The notes: generated by a model not told the origin, from the sequence alone. 64,000 nucleotides of DNA from Thermoanaerobaculaceae bacterium (GCA_963778565.1 CAVZUZ010000012.1:795764-859763); one strand, 5' to 3'; positions 9,630 to 19,795 are shown, numbered from the stretch's first letter. Translations and numbers: made by a program.

Positions 9630-10598
9630 GTGAAGCCTCAAATCAGTGTGATGGCCCTTATAGCGTCGCTTTACCTTCTTGTTGCACTACTTTATCCTGC
9701 TAGCATAGCGTGGAAGTTAAGGGGTTCGCCCGAGGACCGCTTGCGCTGGTTACAAAACACACCCACTTTCACACTCTATCTCCCCTTTGTCTTTTCCATT
9801 GGCGCGGCCGTACTATTCGGGAGCTTTCCCTGGGACGGACTCGCGTCGTGGGGGTCTTGGGAATTTGGAGTGGGGAGTATGATTCTTGCCGCGCTCCTCT
9901 TTCTAGGAGGCTTGGCGGCACTAGAAGATTTGAAGCGCCCAATGGTTGAGCCCTTCATGTTTCGTTCTCACGAGAAATCCCTCGCTATTGAGAAAGTGAT
10001 CAGGCGTGATTTAAAGAAGGCTGACTTAGGTGGGAATGAGGCAAGAGTACTGGAGATTGCCAGATACAAGGCCATGGCTAGGCCATTTGCGTCGATAAAA
10101 GGTCTGAGGGAGCGTGGTAGTCCTTGTGCTTGGTCATCCTTCCTGCTTAACTTGCTGGCGGCAGAGACCATAGCCTTCACCTTTTGGTATCTTGGGATGA
10201 CTGCCCTTTTTGGTCTGGACTTGAACGAGAGGTTTCTCGCGGCCGCGGTTGGCCTCTTCTGCTTATGGTTCCCTGTTCGTCTTTATGCCGAGTGGTACCT
10301 TTATTTCTATTCCCTGTCCCATCTAAAACAGTATGCCGCCTTTTGGTTCGTGTTGATCGCGGCCGTTTTAGCCTATGCCTTTCTGGTGTTCGGAACTGGG
10401 GGAGTTGGAGAGATTCTGTCTCTTGCTATAGCGGGTATTTTGGCTGTAGTGGGTGCTTTGAGCAAATTCAAGCCCGAATGGCTGGGATATCTGGCACGCT
10501 CCATCGAGGCGATGTCACCTCAATGGTTCGCAGCCAGTAGTGCCCTAGTGGTTATAGCGATAGTATGCATGGTGGGTGGAATGCTAAGAAACCCATAA
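9630..10598 (+). CDS. Polytopic membrane protein, unknown function (low GC)
   Basis: AGGAG lies 10 nt upstream of GTG 9630 (alternative ATG 9651). There are multiple hydrophobic helices. The 5' part of ORF 8439..10598 is antisense to the IS256 transposase and is spurious. Confidence 0.6.
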   Translation: MKPQISVMALIASLYLLVALLYPASIAWKLRGSPEDRLRWLQNTPTFTLYLPFVFSIGAAVLFGSFPWDGLASWGSWEFGVGSMILAALLFLGGLAALEDLKRPMVEPFMFRSHEKSLAIEKVIRRDLKKADLGGNEARVLEIARYKAMARPFASIKGLRERGSPCAWSSFLLNLLAAETIAFTFWYLGMTALFGLDLNERFLAAAVGLFCLWFPVRLYAEWYLYFYSLSHLKQYAAFWFVLIAAVLAYAFLVFGTGGVGEILSLAIAGILAVVGALSKFKPEWLGYLARSIEAMSPQWFAASSALVVIAIVCMVGGMLRNP

Positions 10599-10950
10599 TG
10601 TCGCGGCTACTTAGACAAGCTGATCGATGAGCTGGCAAAAGGAAAAACGATGGAGAAGATTCTGCGGCAATGACTCGTTTCGCCACAAAAACAGGCCGCC
10701 GTCGCTGAGCTTGGGTCGTTGGCCGCGCCTACGTGGGGTGGTTTGCACGAGTGATTCTCGATCGCGACCTTGGAAACTGTTTGGATTCGAGATGACTACT
10801 GAATCCCATTGTCCATCAAGCGCGGAGCGGACTGCCGAAAAGCGCGGCCGCTCAGCCGCAGCTTTCCGCAACTTGGTTTTCGGTTCCAGCTTGACTCTAT
10901 GCCTGGGCTGCTCCCTCTTTACCGACCCCGCAGTCCGCTTGGCGAGGTGC

Positions 10951-11316
10951 ATGGAGCGCGAGGCCCGAGCGCTCGACGGCTCCTCTCACGAGCGGATGGA
11001 GAAGGCTTGCCGACTGGATACGCCCGGCGGGTATCTCGTCGTCCTTCATCCGGAGGGAAACTTGTCGGATGAGGAGCTGCTCCGGGGCGGCATGCCCCAG
11101 CCGGTGGTGACGTTTCTGCGGCAATTCAGGATCGGTACGCACGAGGCGGTGTACGTGTTCCCGTACGAATCTGTGAGGCATGCCAGCCGGACGACCTATC
11201 AGCATCGCTTCGTCCGCATCCCTCAGCTCATGGTCCTGCAGAAGGCGACGCCCGAGCCGGTCGTGGTTCAGCTCGTCAAGGTCCAGGATGCCCTGGAGGT
11301 CGAGAACTTGAAGTGA
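10951..11316 (+). CDS. Hypothetical protein
   Basis: C-terminal part of ORF 10627..11316 starting at MEREARALDG. No family was recognised. Confidence 0.4.
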   Translation: MEREARALDGSSHERMEKACRLDTPGGYLVVLHPEGNLSDEELLRGGMPQPVVTFLRQFRIGTHEAVYVFPYESVRHASRTTYQHRFVRIPQLMVLQKATPEPVVVQLVKVQDALEVENLK

Positions 11317-11348
11317 TTCCCCCCGCCGAGCCGATGCGGGGCTTCGGT

Positions 11349-11448
11349 GAAATCAAGGACGAAAAGGACACCAAGGACGCCAAGGACGCGGAGTGAATGA
11401 CATGTTTTCGTCCTCGAAGTCCTTGCTGTCCTTTTCGTCCTTGATTTC
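11349..11448. repeat. AAGGAC-rich palindromic repeat, full copy (candidate bidirectional terminator)
   Basis: GAAATCAAGGACGAAAAGGACACCAAGGACGCCAAGGACG ... CGTCCTCGAAGTCCTTGCTGTCCTTTTCGTCCTTGATTTC, lying between convergent genes. Confidence 0.75.
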
Positions 11449-11473
11449 CGCCTCAAGGTAGCGCCTATGGGCT

Positions 11474-13213
11474 CTACCCTCGCATCGCCAGCGGCATGAT
11501 TCCCGCCACCTTCGCCATCGCCGGCGCCGCTTCCAACGCGGAGAGCTTCGGGGTCAGCCGGTGCGCGGTCTGGTGGGTGGCGAACCAGACCGGTTTCGGC
11601 CAGACGCGGAAGGGAGCCCGCACGACCGACTTCTGGACGCGGTCGAACATCAGCGTGTTGTGCACCACGCCGACGCCCGACTTGATGTCCTGCGGCGTGT
11701 GACCGGGGAAGGCTCCCCAGGGCGTGACGACCAGGCCGAAGCCGATCGCCGCCCAGTGGTTCACCGACACCGTGCCGTAGCGGAGGTCGGCGATGGCACG
11801 ATCAAAGGCGCTCGCGATCCCGGGATCCTTGAGCGACTCGGGATGAATGATCACCGTCACGTTCAGGGTGCCCCACAAGACGTTGTTGCAGAAGGCCACG
11901 GCGCGATCGAGGAACTCGGGGACGCTCTCCGCCTCGATACCGGTCTCGCCGAAGACGCTGCAGAAAGCCTCGGTGGTAAAGGCGATGTCGTCGCGGTTGG
12001 CCGGATCGAGGCCGGGAATCAGCATCCACGGCAGGTGGTCGCCGGTGCGGCTGCCGAAGACCTCGGCGGTCTGGCGGTGGGCGCTGAGGAACGCCTCGAA
12101 CCGGTCCGGCGCTCCGGGGTAATAGGCGCGGCGGGTCGGGACCTTCGCCAGGATCTCCCGGACTCCGTCGAGCAGGTCCTGCCGCTGCTGCCACGAGGCG
12201 TGCTGAAGGATCACCCGCCCGGCGTTGCAGTTGAAGCCGGCGTTGTTGGTGAGCATCGTCGCCAGGTTCTCGGCGTGGTATCCGATGTCGCCGTCGCCCC
12301 ACGGACCGGGCACGACGATGACCGGGCTGACGTTGCCGAGCTCGGCGGTGAATCGCTTGGTGAGGATCGGCTCGTTCGCCGCCTTGCGGCGCCGGCCCTC
12401 CTCGCCGGGGCCGAAGACGATGGCCTCGTAGGTCCGGTCGGAGCCGGTGATGTGGATCTCGTCCACGCCTTCATGGCGGCAGAGGTAGGCCCCTTCCTCG
12501 GCGCCGCCGTAGACGACGCGGAAGAAGCCGCGCTCGATCAAGGTCCGGAAAGCTTCCTCCATCAGCGGCCCCAGGTAGGCGTTGACCGGGTGGACCTTGA
12601 AGAGCACCACCTGATCCTCGACGAACAGCTTGTAGAGGGCGTCCATGGGCCCGATCGAGGACACGTTGCCGCCGCCGAGCACCAGGGCCACCCGCCCCTG
12701 GCGCACCGGCGCGTGGTAGGCCACGGCCTGGGTTTCGGAGAGCCCCTGGGCGGTCACCCCGGGCTCCATCCACACCTCGGCGGTGAGGCCGGTGTAGAAG
12801 ATCCGGTCGTAGAGGTCGATCGGGAAGATCCGCGCCACCACTTGACCGTCCGGCCGCGTACGCACCCCGCCGGGAATGCGGGGGCGGCCATGCGTCTCGA
12901 TGTCGAGCAGCGATTCGCGCAGCAGCCGCAGGTTGCGCAGGATGAAGTACGGACCCACCAGGGCCTCTTCCCCGGAGCTGGGATGTTCGGGATCGAGCCC
13001 TTCGGCTTCGATGCCCAACGCCGCCCAACGCTCCGCCACGGCGAGGAAGCGCCGTGAGAGATCGGCGAGCAGCTCGATCCGCTCCCGCGGGCTGATGGCG
13101 GTCCAGGCGCCCTTGTTCTCCTGGAGAGCGGCAACGGCAGCGTCCATCTCCGCTTGCGAAGAGGAGCGGGCCGAGCCGGTCAAGACTTGGGGGGTGGCGG
13201 TGGCGGTGGTCAT
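11474..13213 (-). CDS. Aldehyde dehydrogenase family protein
   Basis: GGAGGA RBS before ATG 13213. ALDH-type motifs include ELGNVSPVIV, the FNCNAG catalytic-Cys region, and VLFKVHPVN. Confidence 0.88.
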   Translation of the reverse strand: MTTATATPQVLTGSARSSSQAEMDAAVAALQENKGAWTAISPRERIELLADLSRRFLAVAERWAALGIEAEGLDPEHPSSGEEALVGPYFILRNLRLLRESLLDIETHGRPRIPGGVRTRPDGQVVARIFPIDLYDRIFYTGLTAEVWMEPGVTAQGLSETQAVAYHAPVRQGRVALVLGGGNVSSIGPMDALYKLFVEDQVVLFKVHPVNAYLGPLMEEAFRTLIERGFFRVVYGGAEEGAYLCRHEGVDEIHITGSDRTYEAIVFGPGEEGRRRKAANEPILTKRFTAELGNVSPVIVVPGPWGDGDIGYHAENLATMLTNNAGFNCNAGRVILQHASWQQRQDLLDGVREILAKVPTRRAYYPGAPDRFEAFLSAHRQTAEVFGSRTGDHLPWMLIPGLDPANRDDIAFTTEAFCSVFGETGIEAESVPEFLDRAVAFCNNVLWGTLNVTVIIHPESLKDPGIASAFDRAIADLRYGTVSVNHWAAIGFGLVVTPWGAFPGHTPQDIKSGVGVVHNTLMFDRVQKSVVRAPFRVWPKPVWFATHQTAHRLTPKLSALEAAPAMAKVAGIMPLAMRG

Positions 13214-13315
13214 GGAAATCCTCCGGAGCCGCATCGCGGCGTGCCAACCCTAGCACGGAGCCGGTAACGCCGATTCCGCCGGCCTCGACTTCCCTCGCCG
13301 GGGTCCGCGCCGCCG

Positions 13316-13525
13316 GGCCCCTCACCTCCCCGGCCCTCCTCTCCCGCCTCACACCCGCCCTTCCGGGAGAGGAGGGAGACTGCAAAAACAAGGAAGCCTC
13401 TTCAAGCCCCTCTCTCCCGGTGGGTGGGTGTGGATGGGAGAGAGGGGTTGGGGAGTGAGGGCCAGCCCCGGCGGGGCGAAATCGCGGCAGGTCACCCCTC
13501 CCGGACTCCCTTCCAGAGGAGGGAG
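13316..13525. repeat. GGGAGAGG-type hairpin repeat cluster
   Basis: Stems include CCTCCTCTCCCG...CGGGAGAGGAGG and CCCCTCTCTCCC...GGGAGAGAGGGG. The same family recurs at seven other sites in the window. Confidence 0.8.
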
Positions 13526-13526
13526 A

Positions 13527-13892
13527 TTACTGATGCTTGTTCGGTTCGAGATGCTGCCGGACCGTTGCGAGGAAGGAATCGAGGTCCTCCAGAAGCTCGT
13601 CATTTGTGAAGCGAAGGATCCTGAAGCCGAGGGTCGTCAGGTTGGCATCTCGGTTCTCGTCATGGGCTTTCTGCCGGTCTTCTTCATGAATGCCGCCGTC
13701 CAGCTCCAACACGAGCCTCCTCTCGTGACAGTAGAAATCGACGACGTACGGTCCAATCGGCTCCTGGCGACGGAATTTGAGGCCGAGGAACTGGCGGTCG
13801 CGCAGCCGGTTCCATAGGGCCTCCTCGGCAAGCGTGGACCTCCGGCGAAGACGCTTCGCGCGCACGAGAGTTCCGGGATTCTTCAGAGACAC
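13527..13892 (-). CDS. DUF559 endonuclease-domain protein (Vsr-like fold)
   Basis: STLAEEALWNRLRDRQFLGLKFRRQEPIGPYVVDFYCHERRLVLELDGGIH...LGFRILRFTNDEL is the canonical DUF559 pattern. GTG start. Confidence 0.85.
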   Translation of the reverse strand: MSLKNPGTLVRAKRLRRRSTLAEEALWNRLRDRQFLGLKFRRQEPIGPYVVDFYCHERRLVLELDGGIHEEDRQKAHDENRDANLTTLGFRILRFTNDELLEDLDSFLATVRQHLEPNKHQ

Positions 13893-13904
13893 ACCAGTAT
13901 CTTA

Positions 13905-14230
13905 AATCGCTCCCTCCTGTTCTGAAAATAGCCGCCCTTGCGGCTCATTTTCACCCCATTTTGTGGTGCCGCGAAGCGGCATGAGGATCTCTCCCGGAAG
14001 GGCGGGTGTGAGGCGGGAGAGCATGGCCTCACCTGTTCTGTCGCGCCTCCGGCGCTGGCCCTCACTCCCCCGGCCCCTCTCTCCCACCTCACGCCCACCC
14101 CGCCGGGAGAGAGGGGAGGGGAGCTTGAAGAAGCAGCTTTTTTCTTGTTGCTTTTTCAGTCTCCCTCCTCTCCCGGAAGGGTGGGTGTGAGGCGGGAGAG
14201 GAGGGCCGGGGAGGTGAGGGGCCCGACGGC
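13905..14230. repeat. GGGAGAGG-type hairpin repeat cluster containing a 72-nt module (13918-13989)
   Basis: Same stems as 13316-13525. The module TGTTCTGAAAATAGCCGCCCTTGCGGC...GCCGCGAAGCGGCATGAGGATC recurs inverted at 16321-16392. Confidence 0.8.
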
Positions 14231-14280
14231 GCAGACTCCGCTCTGATCATCGAAACCGGGCGAATCGGGGGTGCATCCCC

Positions 14281-14469
14281 CTACGCCGGCTCCTTAGGCA
14301 TCACGATCCAAAGAATGATGTAGGCGATGGTCCCCGGGAAACCCACCGAGATGATGGACAATATGACGTAGGCGATGCGCACCACCGTCGGGTCCCAACC
14401 CAGCCAGTCGGCGATGCCGCCGCAGACTCCGGCGATGACGTTGTGCCTGCGAGAACGGTAGAGCGGCAT
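14281..14469 (-). CDS. PspC-domain membrane protein
   Basis: LYRSRRHNVIAGVCGGIADWLGWDPTVVRIAYVILSI is the PspC domain signature. Confidence 0.85.
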   Translation of the reverse strand: MPLYRSRRHNVIAGVCGGIADWLGWDPTVVRIAYVILSIISVGFPGTIAYIILWIVMPKEPA

Positions 14470-14577
14470 GTCGTTCTTCCTCCCGGCCGCGGAATCGCGG
14501 CCTTCCCGGGGCCGGCTCCGCGCCGGCCCTCGCGTTCATTCATATTACGCGCCAGGGCCGGTGCGGTTTCTCGCCGC

Positions 14578-16179
14578 TCAGTCAGCCTGAGGGGACAGAT
14601 CCTCCGCCAATCCTTGACCCGCCCCGTGCCGCGCCGCCACCACCGCGGCGGTGAACAGGCCGCAGACCGCCGCGAAGATGAGCAGGCCGACCAGGGTGAT
14701 CCAGGCCCCGCTGTCCGCCGGCCGGACGAGCGAGATCAGCGGCGTCCACAGGTCGAAGGCCGTGCCCGGGTTGTCCTTCATCGCCTTGAGCGCGTCGAGC
14801 AACGCCACGATCAGGGCGGAGAAGGCGAACCCCACGACGCCGCCGGCGAGGCCGCGGATGGCGAGCTGGCCGCCGGTCAGCGGCTCGCGGATCCTCGGCG
14901 GCTCGATCCGGAACTCGACCTCGCGCGCGTTCCAGGGAACGAACCGGGCCAGCATGATCATTCCGGGGATGCCGAGGGGGAGCGTCGACCAGAAGAACGT
15001 AGACCAGCCCACGGAGTAAGCCGCGAACCCGGCGATCGGGCCTGAAAGGATGCGCGGCAGCCCGAAGAGGCTGGAGAATAGCGCGTATTGGGTCGCCGAG
15101 AATCGCTTCTGGGTCATGCGCAGCAGGAGCACGCTGAAGGCGCCGCTGCCCAGGCCCGAGCACAGTTGCTCGAAGCTGAAGGCGAACCACATCAGCGGCC
15201 GGTTGAGCTCCGGCTGCTGGGCGAGCAGGGCATAGCCCGCGTTGGAGAAGATCTGAAAGAAGCCGAAGATCCAGAGCGCGCGTCCCAATCCGAGCGGCGC
15301 GGTCAGCAGCCCGCCGATCAACGTGCCCAGGATGTTGCCCCACAGACCCAGCGTGCCGACCACGAAGCCGCGGTCGAGCTCGTTGTATCCCATGTCGTTC
15401 AGGAACGGCCGCTGCAGCGCCTGGACCAGGTTGTCCGCCAGCTTGTAGAGGAGGACGAAGGCGAGGATCTCCAACGCCCGATGGCGGGTCAGAAAGCCCA
15501 GGAAGGGATTCCAGACCGCCTCTTTGAGCGTCCTCGGGCCGGCACCCACCGCGTCCGGCTCAGGGGCCTTCCACACCACCAGCATGATCGGCACATAGAG
15601 GGCCGCCAACAGGACGTTGACCACCGGCCAGCCCCAGATGCCGGCGAAGGTGATCGACAGGCTGCCGGCGATGAAATAGCCGATGCGCCAGAGGAAGTTG
15701 CGCGCGCCGACCGCGACCGGCTGCTCCTCGGGACGCAGCACGTCCACGGCGTAAGCGTCGATGGCGATGTCCTGCGTGGCGCCGGAGAGGGCGATCGCCA
15801 GGGCGAGGGCTCCCACGACCCAGGGAGCCTCGGGATGGTTGCCGACGCCGGCCATGGCGAGCACCGAGATGAACAGGGCGACCTGGGAGATGATCGCCCA
15901 CCCGCGCCGCCGGCCCAGCTTCGGCGGCACGAACCGGTCCATCAGCGGCGACCAGAGGAACTTGAACGTCCAGGGGATCTGCGCCAGGGTGAACAGGCCC
16001 ACGATGCGGATGTCCACGCCGATGTCGCGCATCCAGTCGGGGATGGCGATCCATACCAGCCCCAGAGGCATGCCCGAGGCGAAGGACATGAGGACGACGG
16101 ACCACGTTCGCCAGGAGGTGAACGCCCAGGCGAGGCTCTGCAGGGTGGTGGGTTTTTTCGTACCGGTTGCGGTGCTCAA
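14578..16179 (-). CDS. ampG: AmpG-family MFS muropeptide permease
   Basis: MPLGLVWIAIPDWMRDIGVDIRIVGLFTLAQIPWTFKFLWSPLMDRF is the AmpG N-terminal signature. About 14 TM segments. Confidence 0.85.
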   Translation of the reverse strand: MSTATGTKKPTTLQSLAWAFTSWRTWSVVLMSFASGMPLGLVWIAIPDWMRDIGVDIRIVGLFTLAQIPWTFKFLWSPLMDRFVPPKLGRRRGWAIISQVALFISVLAMAGVGNHPEAPWVVGALALAIALSGATQDIAIDAYAVDVLRPEEQPVAVGARNFLWRIGYFIAGSLSITFAGIWGWPVVNVLLAALYVPIMLVVWKAPEPDAVGAGPRTLKEAVWNPFLGFLTRHRALEILAFVLLYKLADNLVQALQRPFLNDMGYNELDRGFVVGTLGLWGNILGTLIGGLLTAPLGLGRALWIFGFFQIFSNAGYALLAQQPELNRPLMWFAFSFEQLCSGLGSGAFSVLLLRMTQKRFSATQYALFSSLFGLPRILSGPIAGFAAYSVGWSTFFWSTLPLGIPGMIMLARFVPWNAREVEFRIEPPRIREPLTGGQLAIRGLAGGVVGFAFSALIVALLDALKAMKDNPGTAFDLWTPLISLVRPADSGAWITLVGLLIFAAVCGLFTAAVVAARHGAGQGLAEDLSPQAD

Positions 16180-16254
16180 TCCAGGCTCCCCTTCGCTCTG
16201 CGGACTGCGACGTCAGCGCCCGATCCCGCTGGTTTCGATCGTTGAGGCGACATC

Positions 16255-16512
16255 CGCGCCGCCGGGGCCCCTCACCTCCCCGGCCCTCCTCTCCCACCGC
16301 ACTCCCGCCCTTCCGGGAGAGATCCTCATGCCGCTTCGCGGCACCACAAAATGGGGTGAAAATGAGCCGCAAGGGCGGCTATTTTCAGAACAGGAGGGAG
16401 ACTGAAAAAGCAACAAAAAAGAAGCTGCTTCCTTCAAGCTCCCCTCTCTCCCGGAGGGGTGGGTGTGAGGTGGGAGAGAGGGGCTGGGGGAGTGAGGGCT
16501 CCGGCGGCGCGG
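16255..16512. repeat. GGGAGAGG-type hairpin repeat cluster, inverted relative to 13905-14230, no ORF
   Basis: Contains the inverted 72-nt module at 16321-16392 and the same hairpin stems. Confidence 0.8.
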
Positions 16513-16600
16513 ATCAAGCCTGGTGATCGCGAATGGCGGGATCGGCGTCTTCGGGTGCAGGACGTTGCGATCCCCGGAAGCTCTTCACAATGGCATCCTA

Positions 16601-18334
16601 TTACAGCGATTCCACCTGCGACCGCAGAGGCACCAGGCTTTGGTTGATGCGGGTGAGCTCCTCCTGGGCTGCGGTCAGGCGGTCCCGCTCGGCGCGCACG
16701 AAGCGGGTGTAGGGGCCGATCGCCTCGTCGATGCGGCGCAGGCTGCCTTCGATCTCGCGGTCGAACTGAGCCGTCAGCGAGGACAGGAGCTGCTCGCGCA
16801 TGGCGGCGATCTTCTCGCGCAGGTCGCGTTTGGCGTCGCGGCGGCGGTTGGGGATGATGAAGAGGCCCAGCACGGCGATCGTGCCGGCGGCGAGGATGCC
16901 GGTAAAGTCCGCCGCGGCGGTGACGGCGACGTGGGTGAGGACGGCGCCGAGGCCGATCGCTCCCACCTCCGCCAGCGCCGTTCCCGCCACCGCCGCCTGC
17001 ACCGAATCGGCCAGCCGGCTGGCCTCCCGCTCCCTGTCGTAGCTCTCGACCGAGCGCTGGGCGGCCCGGCCGACGCTGTCGAGCAGCCGCGAGCGGTCGA
17101 AGTCGAAGTTGCGGCCGACCTGGCCCACGATGCGGTCCGCATGCTCGTGCCGCCGCCGGGCGAGGTGCTCCGTCACCGCTTGCCATTGCCGCAGCTCCGA
17201 GCTGACCAGCCAATCGATGATCTCCGATACCCGCCGCTCGGTGAGCTGCGGCAGGTCGGCCACCACGAGCCGCGCGAAATCGGCTTTCATCTTCGACTTG
17301 TTGACGAGATCGAAGACCCTGGCGAGCCGCATGGTGTCGTCGAAGAAGGCCATGCCCCGGTTCTCGAGCTCGTGGAGGATGACGTCCACGTCGGAGAGCC
17401 GGAAGCGGAACTCGCGCTGCACGTCCTCCTTGAAGAGCGCCATCTGGCGCTCGATGTCCTCGATCGCCGCGAAATCCTCCTTGAGCAGTTCGAGCCTGCC
17501 GTGGGTGACCTCCAGGTACCGCTTCGCGAGGTGCTCGGCGACGCCGAGAGGGTTGAGCAGCTTGAGCCGCACCCGCTCCTTTTCGTCCAGGGTGTCGACG
17601 ATGAACCTCTCCAGCGCCTCGAACCGGCTCTCGGCGAGCTGGGCAGCGTCGCCGCTCGTCTTGCCGCGCAGGGCCAGCCGGGCCGACACGGGAAAGATCT
17701 GCGGCGTGAAGCCGAGGAGGGCGCGGGCGTTGTCGGCGATGAACTCGCGGATGCTCTCGACGTCCGCCGGCGACTCCAGGATGTCGATCTTGTTGACCGC
17801 CACGACGATCTTTTTCCCCCAGTCGCGGATTCCCTGGAGGAATTGCCGCTCGCTCTCGGTGAACGGGCGGTCGGCCGAGGTGACGAAGAGCACCAGGTCC
17901 GACCGCGGCACGAAGTCGCGGGTGATCGCCTCGTGCTGCCGGTGGATGGCGTTGGTGCCGGGAGTGTCGACGATGTTGATGTCGCGCAGCAGGTCGACTG
18001 GCGCGGTGACGACGTCGAGCGCCTGCTCCAGGGGAACACGGTCCACGGCTGGACCGTGCCGGAGGAGATGGATGCGCGTGGTGGTGGGAGTGACCCCCTC
18101 CTCGAGGACCTTGCTGCCGAGCAGGGCGTTGATGAAGGCGCTCTTGCCGGCGTTGAACTCGCCGGCGACCACGAGCAGGAAGAGCTCGTCGAGCTGCAGG
18201 GCCGACCGTTTGAGGGTCTCCTGGTCCTCGGCCGAGGCATCGAAGCGTGCCAGGGCTTGCTGCAGGTCGGCGAGCAGCCGCCGGTTTTCGGCCCGCAGCT
18301 CGTCCTGATTCCGGTTGAGAATGCGCCGCAGCAT
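16601..18334 (-). CDS. Bacterial dynamin-like GTPase
   Basis: G1 GEFNAGKSAFINALLG, G3 VDTPGTNAI, G4 AVNKIDIL, followed by a long helical stalk and a C-terminal hydrophobic paddle. Confidence 0.85.
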   Translation of the reverse strand: MLRRILNRNQDELRAENRRLLADLQQALARFDASAEDQETLKRSALQLDELFLLVVAGEFNAGKSAFINALLGSKVLEEGVTPTTTRIHLLRHGPAVDRVPLEQALDVVTAPVDLLRDINIVDTPGTNAIHRQHEAITRDFVPRSDLVLFVTSADRPFTESERQFLQGIRDWGKKIVVAVNKIDILESPADVESIREFIADNARALLGFTPQIFPVSARLALRGKTSGDAAQLAESRFEALERFIVDTLDEKERVRLKLLNPLGVAEHLAKRYLEVTHGRLELLKEDFAAIEDIERQMALFKEDVQREFRFRLSDVDVILHELENRGMAFFDDTMRLARVFDLVNKSKMKADFARLVVADLPQLTERRVSEIIDWLVSSELRQWQAVTEHLARRRHEHADRIVGQVGRNFDFDRSRLLDSVGRAAQRSVESYDREREASRLADSVQAAVAGTALAEVGAIGLGAVLTHVAVTAAADFTGILAAGTIAVLGLFIIPNRRRDAKRDLREKIAAMREQLLSSLTAQFDREIEGSLRRIDEAIGPYTRFVRAERDRLTAAQEELTRINQSLVPLRSQVESL

Positions 18335-18481
18335 GGCTTCCCGCTCCGGCGAACCTTAGCATGGGGCGTCGCATCGACAATCCCAGCGCACCCAACAGGC
18401 GTTCCAAGCTTTCGGATTTTGATAGTATTCGCGGATCAAGGCTGATTTGGATGCACGGCGCAGCTTTTTAAGGAGGATAAG

Positions 18482-19795
18482 ATGGCGACGATCTCCATGC
18501 AGCGAGATGCCACTTCCGAGGCTGAGACCCATCCGGCCCCCTCGCCCGGTGCCCAGCCGCTCCCGTCCCGCCACCGCGGCGAACGTGCCGCCGCCGCGGT
18601 AACGCCGGGAACGGGGAGCAGGGGAGCGAGGGCCCTCGCTCGGTTCCTCGACTCAGCCGGTGTCGCTTGCGAGGTCGTGCTCCCTTCCGGCGAGACGGTC
18701 CGCTGCGGCGACGCCCCACCGAGGTTCCGATTGATCATCCACTCCGACCGTGCGCTGCGCCGGGCTTTCGACGAGCTCGCTCTCGGCAGCGCCTACGTCG
18801 AAGGCGAGATCGATTTCGAAGGCGACCTCTGGAGCGCCATGGAGATCCGCAGCAAGCTTCAGGACCGCGCGCGGACGAGCCAGATCCTGCGCTTCCTGGT
18901 GAACCTTCTCCTGATCGCTCCCACCCGGATCAACCGCCGGGCGATCGACTTCCATTACACCCTCGGCGACGACTTCTACCACTCGTTCACCGACTCTCGG
19001 TACCACTTCTACTCCCACGGCCTCTTCCATTCCGAGACAGAAACCCTGGAGGAGGCCTCCGAGCACAAGCTGGAGACCCTTTTCGCGGCGCTGCGGCTCG
19101 AGCCCGGCATGCGCCTGCTCGACATCGGCGGCGGCTGGGGAGGCGTGACCCGCTACTGCGGCGCCCGGGGCGTTCACGTGACTTCCCTCACTCTGGCCGA
19201 GGATTCGTACCGCTACATCCGCAACATCCTGGACACCACCGGCTTTCCCGGCGAGGTCCATCGCCAGGACTTCCTGGAGCACCGGCCCGAACGGCCCTAC
19301 GACGCCATCGTCATCCTCGGGGTGATCGAGCACATCCCCACCTACCGCCGGTTCTGCGAGCTTGTCTGGGAAGGCCTGGTTCCTGGTGGCCGGATCTACA
19401 TGGACGCCTCCGCCTCCCACCAGAAGTACGAGGTGAGCACGTTCTCCCGCAATTACATCTGGCAAGGCAGCCACTCCTTCCTGTGCGTCCAGGACATCGT
19501 CCAGGAGTTTCTCTACCACGGCTTCAAGGTCGAAGAGGTGAAGCGCGACACCCGCGACTACGAGCTCACCATGCGCCACTGGGCGGAGCGGTTCGACGCC
19601 GCGCGGGACTTCATCGTCAAGGGTTGGGGAGAGAAGGTCTACCGCGCCTTCCGCCTCTATCTCTGGGGCGGCTCGTATGCTCTGCACGCCGACACGCTGC
19701 AGTCCTACCATGTGGTGGCGACCCGGCGGGAGCAGCGGGGTCCTCGCCCGGGAGTCTTCAAGCGGGCGTGGAATTTCCTCAGCGGGTTGAAGTAG
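18482..19795 (+). CDS. Cyclopropane-fatty-acyl-phospholipid synthase family SAM-dependent methyltransferase
   Basis: HYTLGDDFY, the SAM motif LLDIGGGWGGV, and WAERFDAARD. The N-terminal ~60 aa may be over-extended. Confidence 0.8.
   Translation: MATISMQRDATSEAETHPAPSPGAQPLPSRHRGERAAAAVTPGTGSRGARALARFLDSAGVACEVVLPSGETVRCGDAPPRFRLIIHSDRALRRAFDELALGSAYVEGEIDFEGDLWSAMEIRSKLQDRARTSQILRFLVNLLLIAPTRINRRAIDFHYTLGDDFYHSFTDSRYHFYSHGLFHSETETLEEASEHKLETLFAALRLEPGMRLLDIGGGWGGVTRYCGARGVHVTSLTLAEDSYRYIRNILDTTGFPGEVHRQDFLEHRPERPYDAIVILGVIEHIPTYRRFCELVWEGLVPGGRIYMDASASHQKYEVSTFSRNYIWQGSHSFLCVQDIVQEFLYHGFKVEEVKRDTRDYELTMRHWAERFDAARDFIVKGWGEKVYRAFRLYLWGGSYALHADTLQSYHVVATRREQRGPRPGVFKRAWNFLSGLK

Noticed and set aside
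16434-18445. 657-aa (minus) and 640-aa (plus) ORFs overlapping the dynamin-like gene
   Set aside because: They are high-GC shadow frames. Only 16601..18334 (-) has GTPase motifs.
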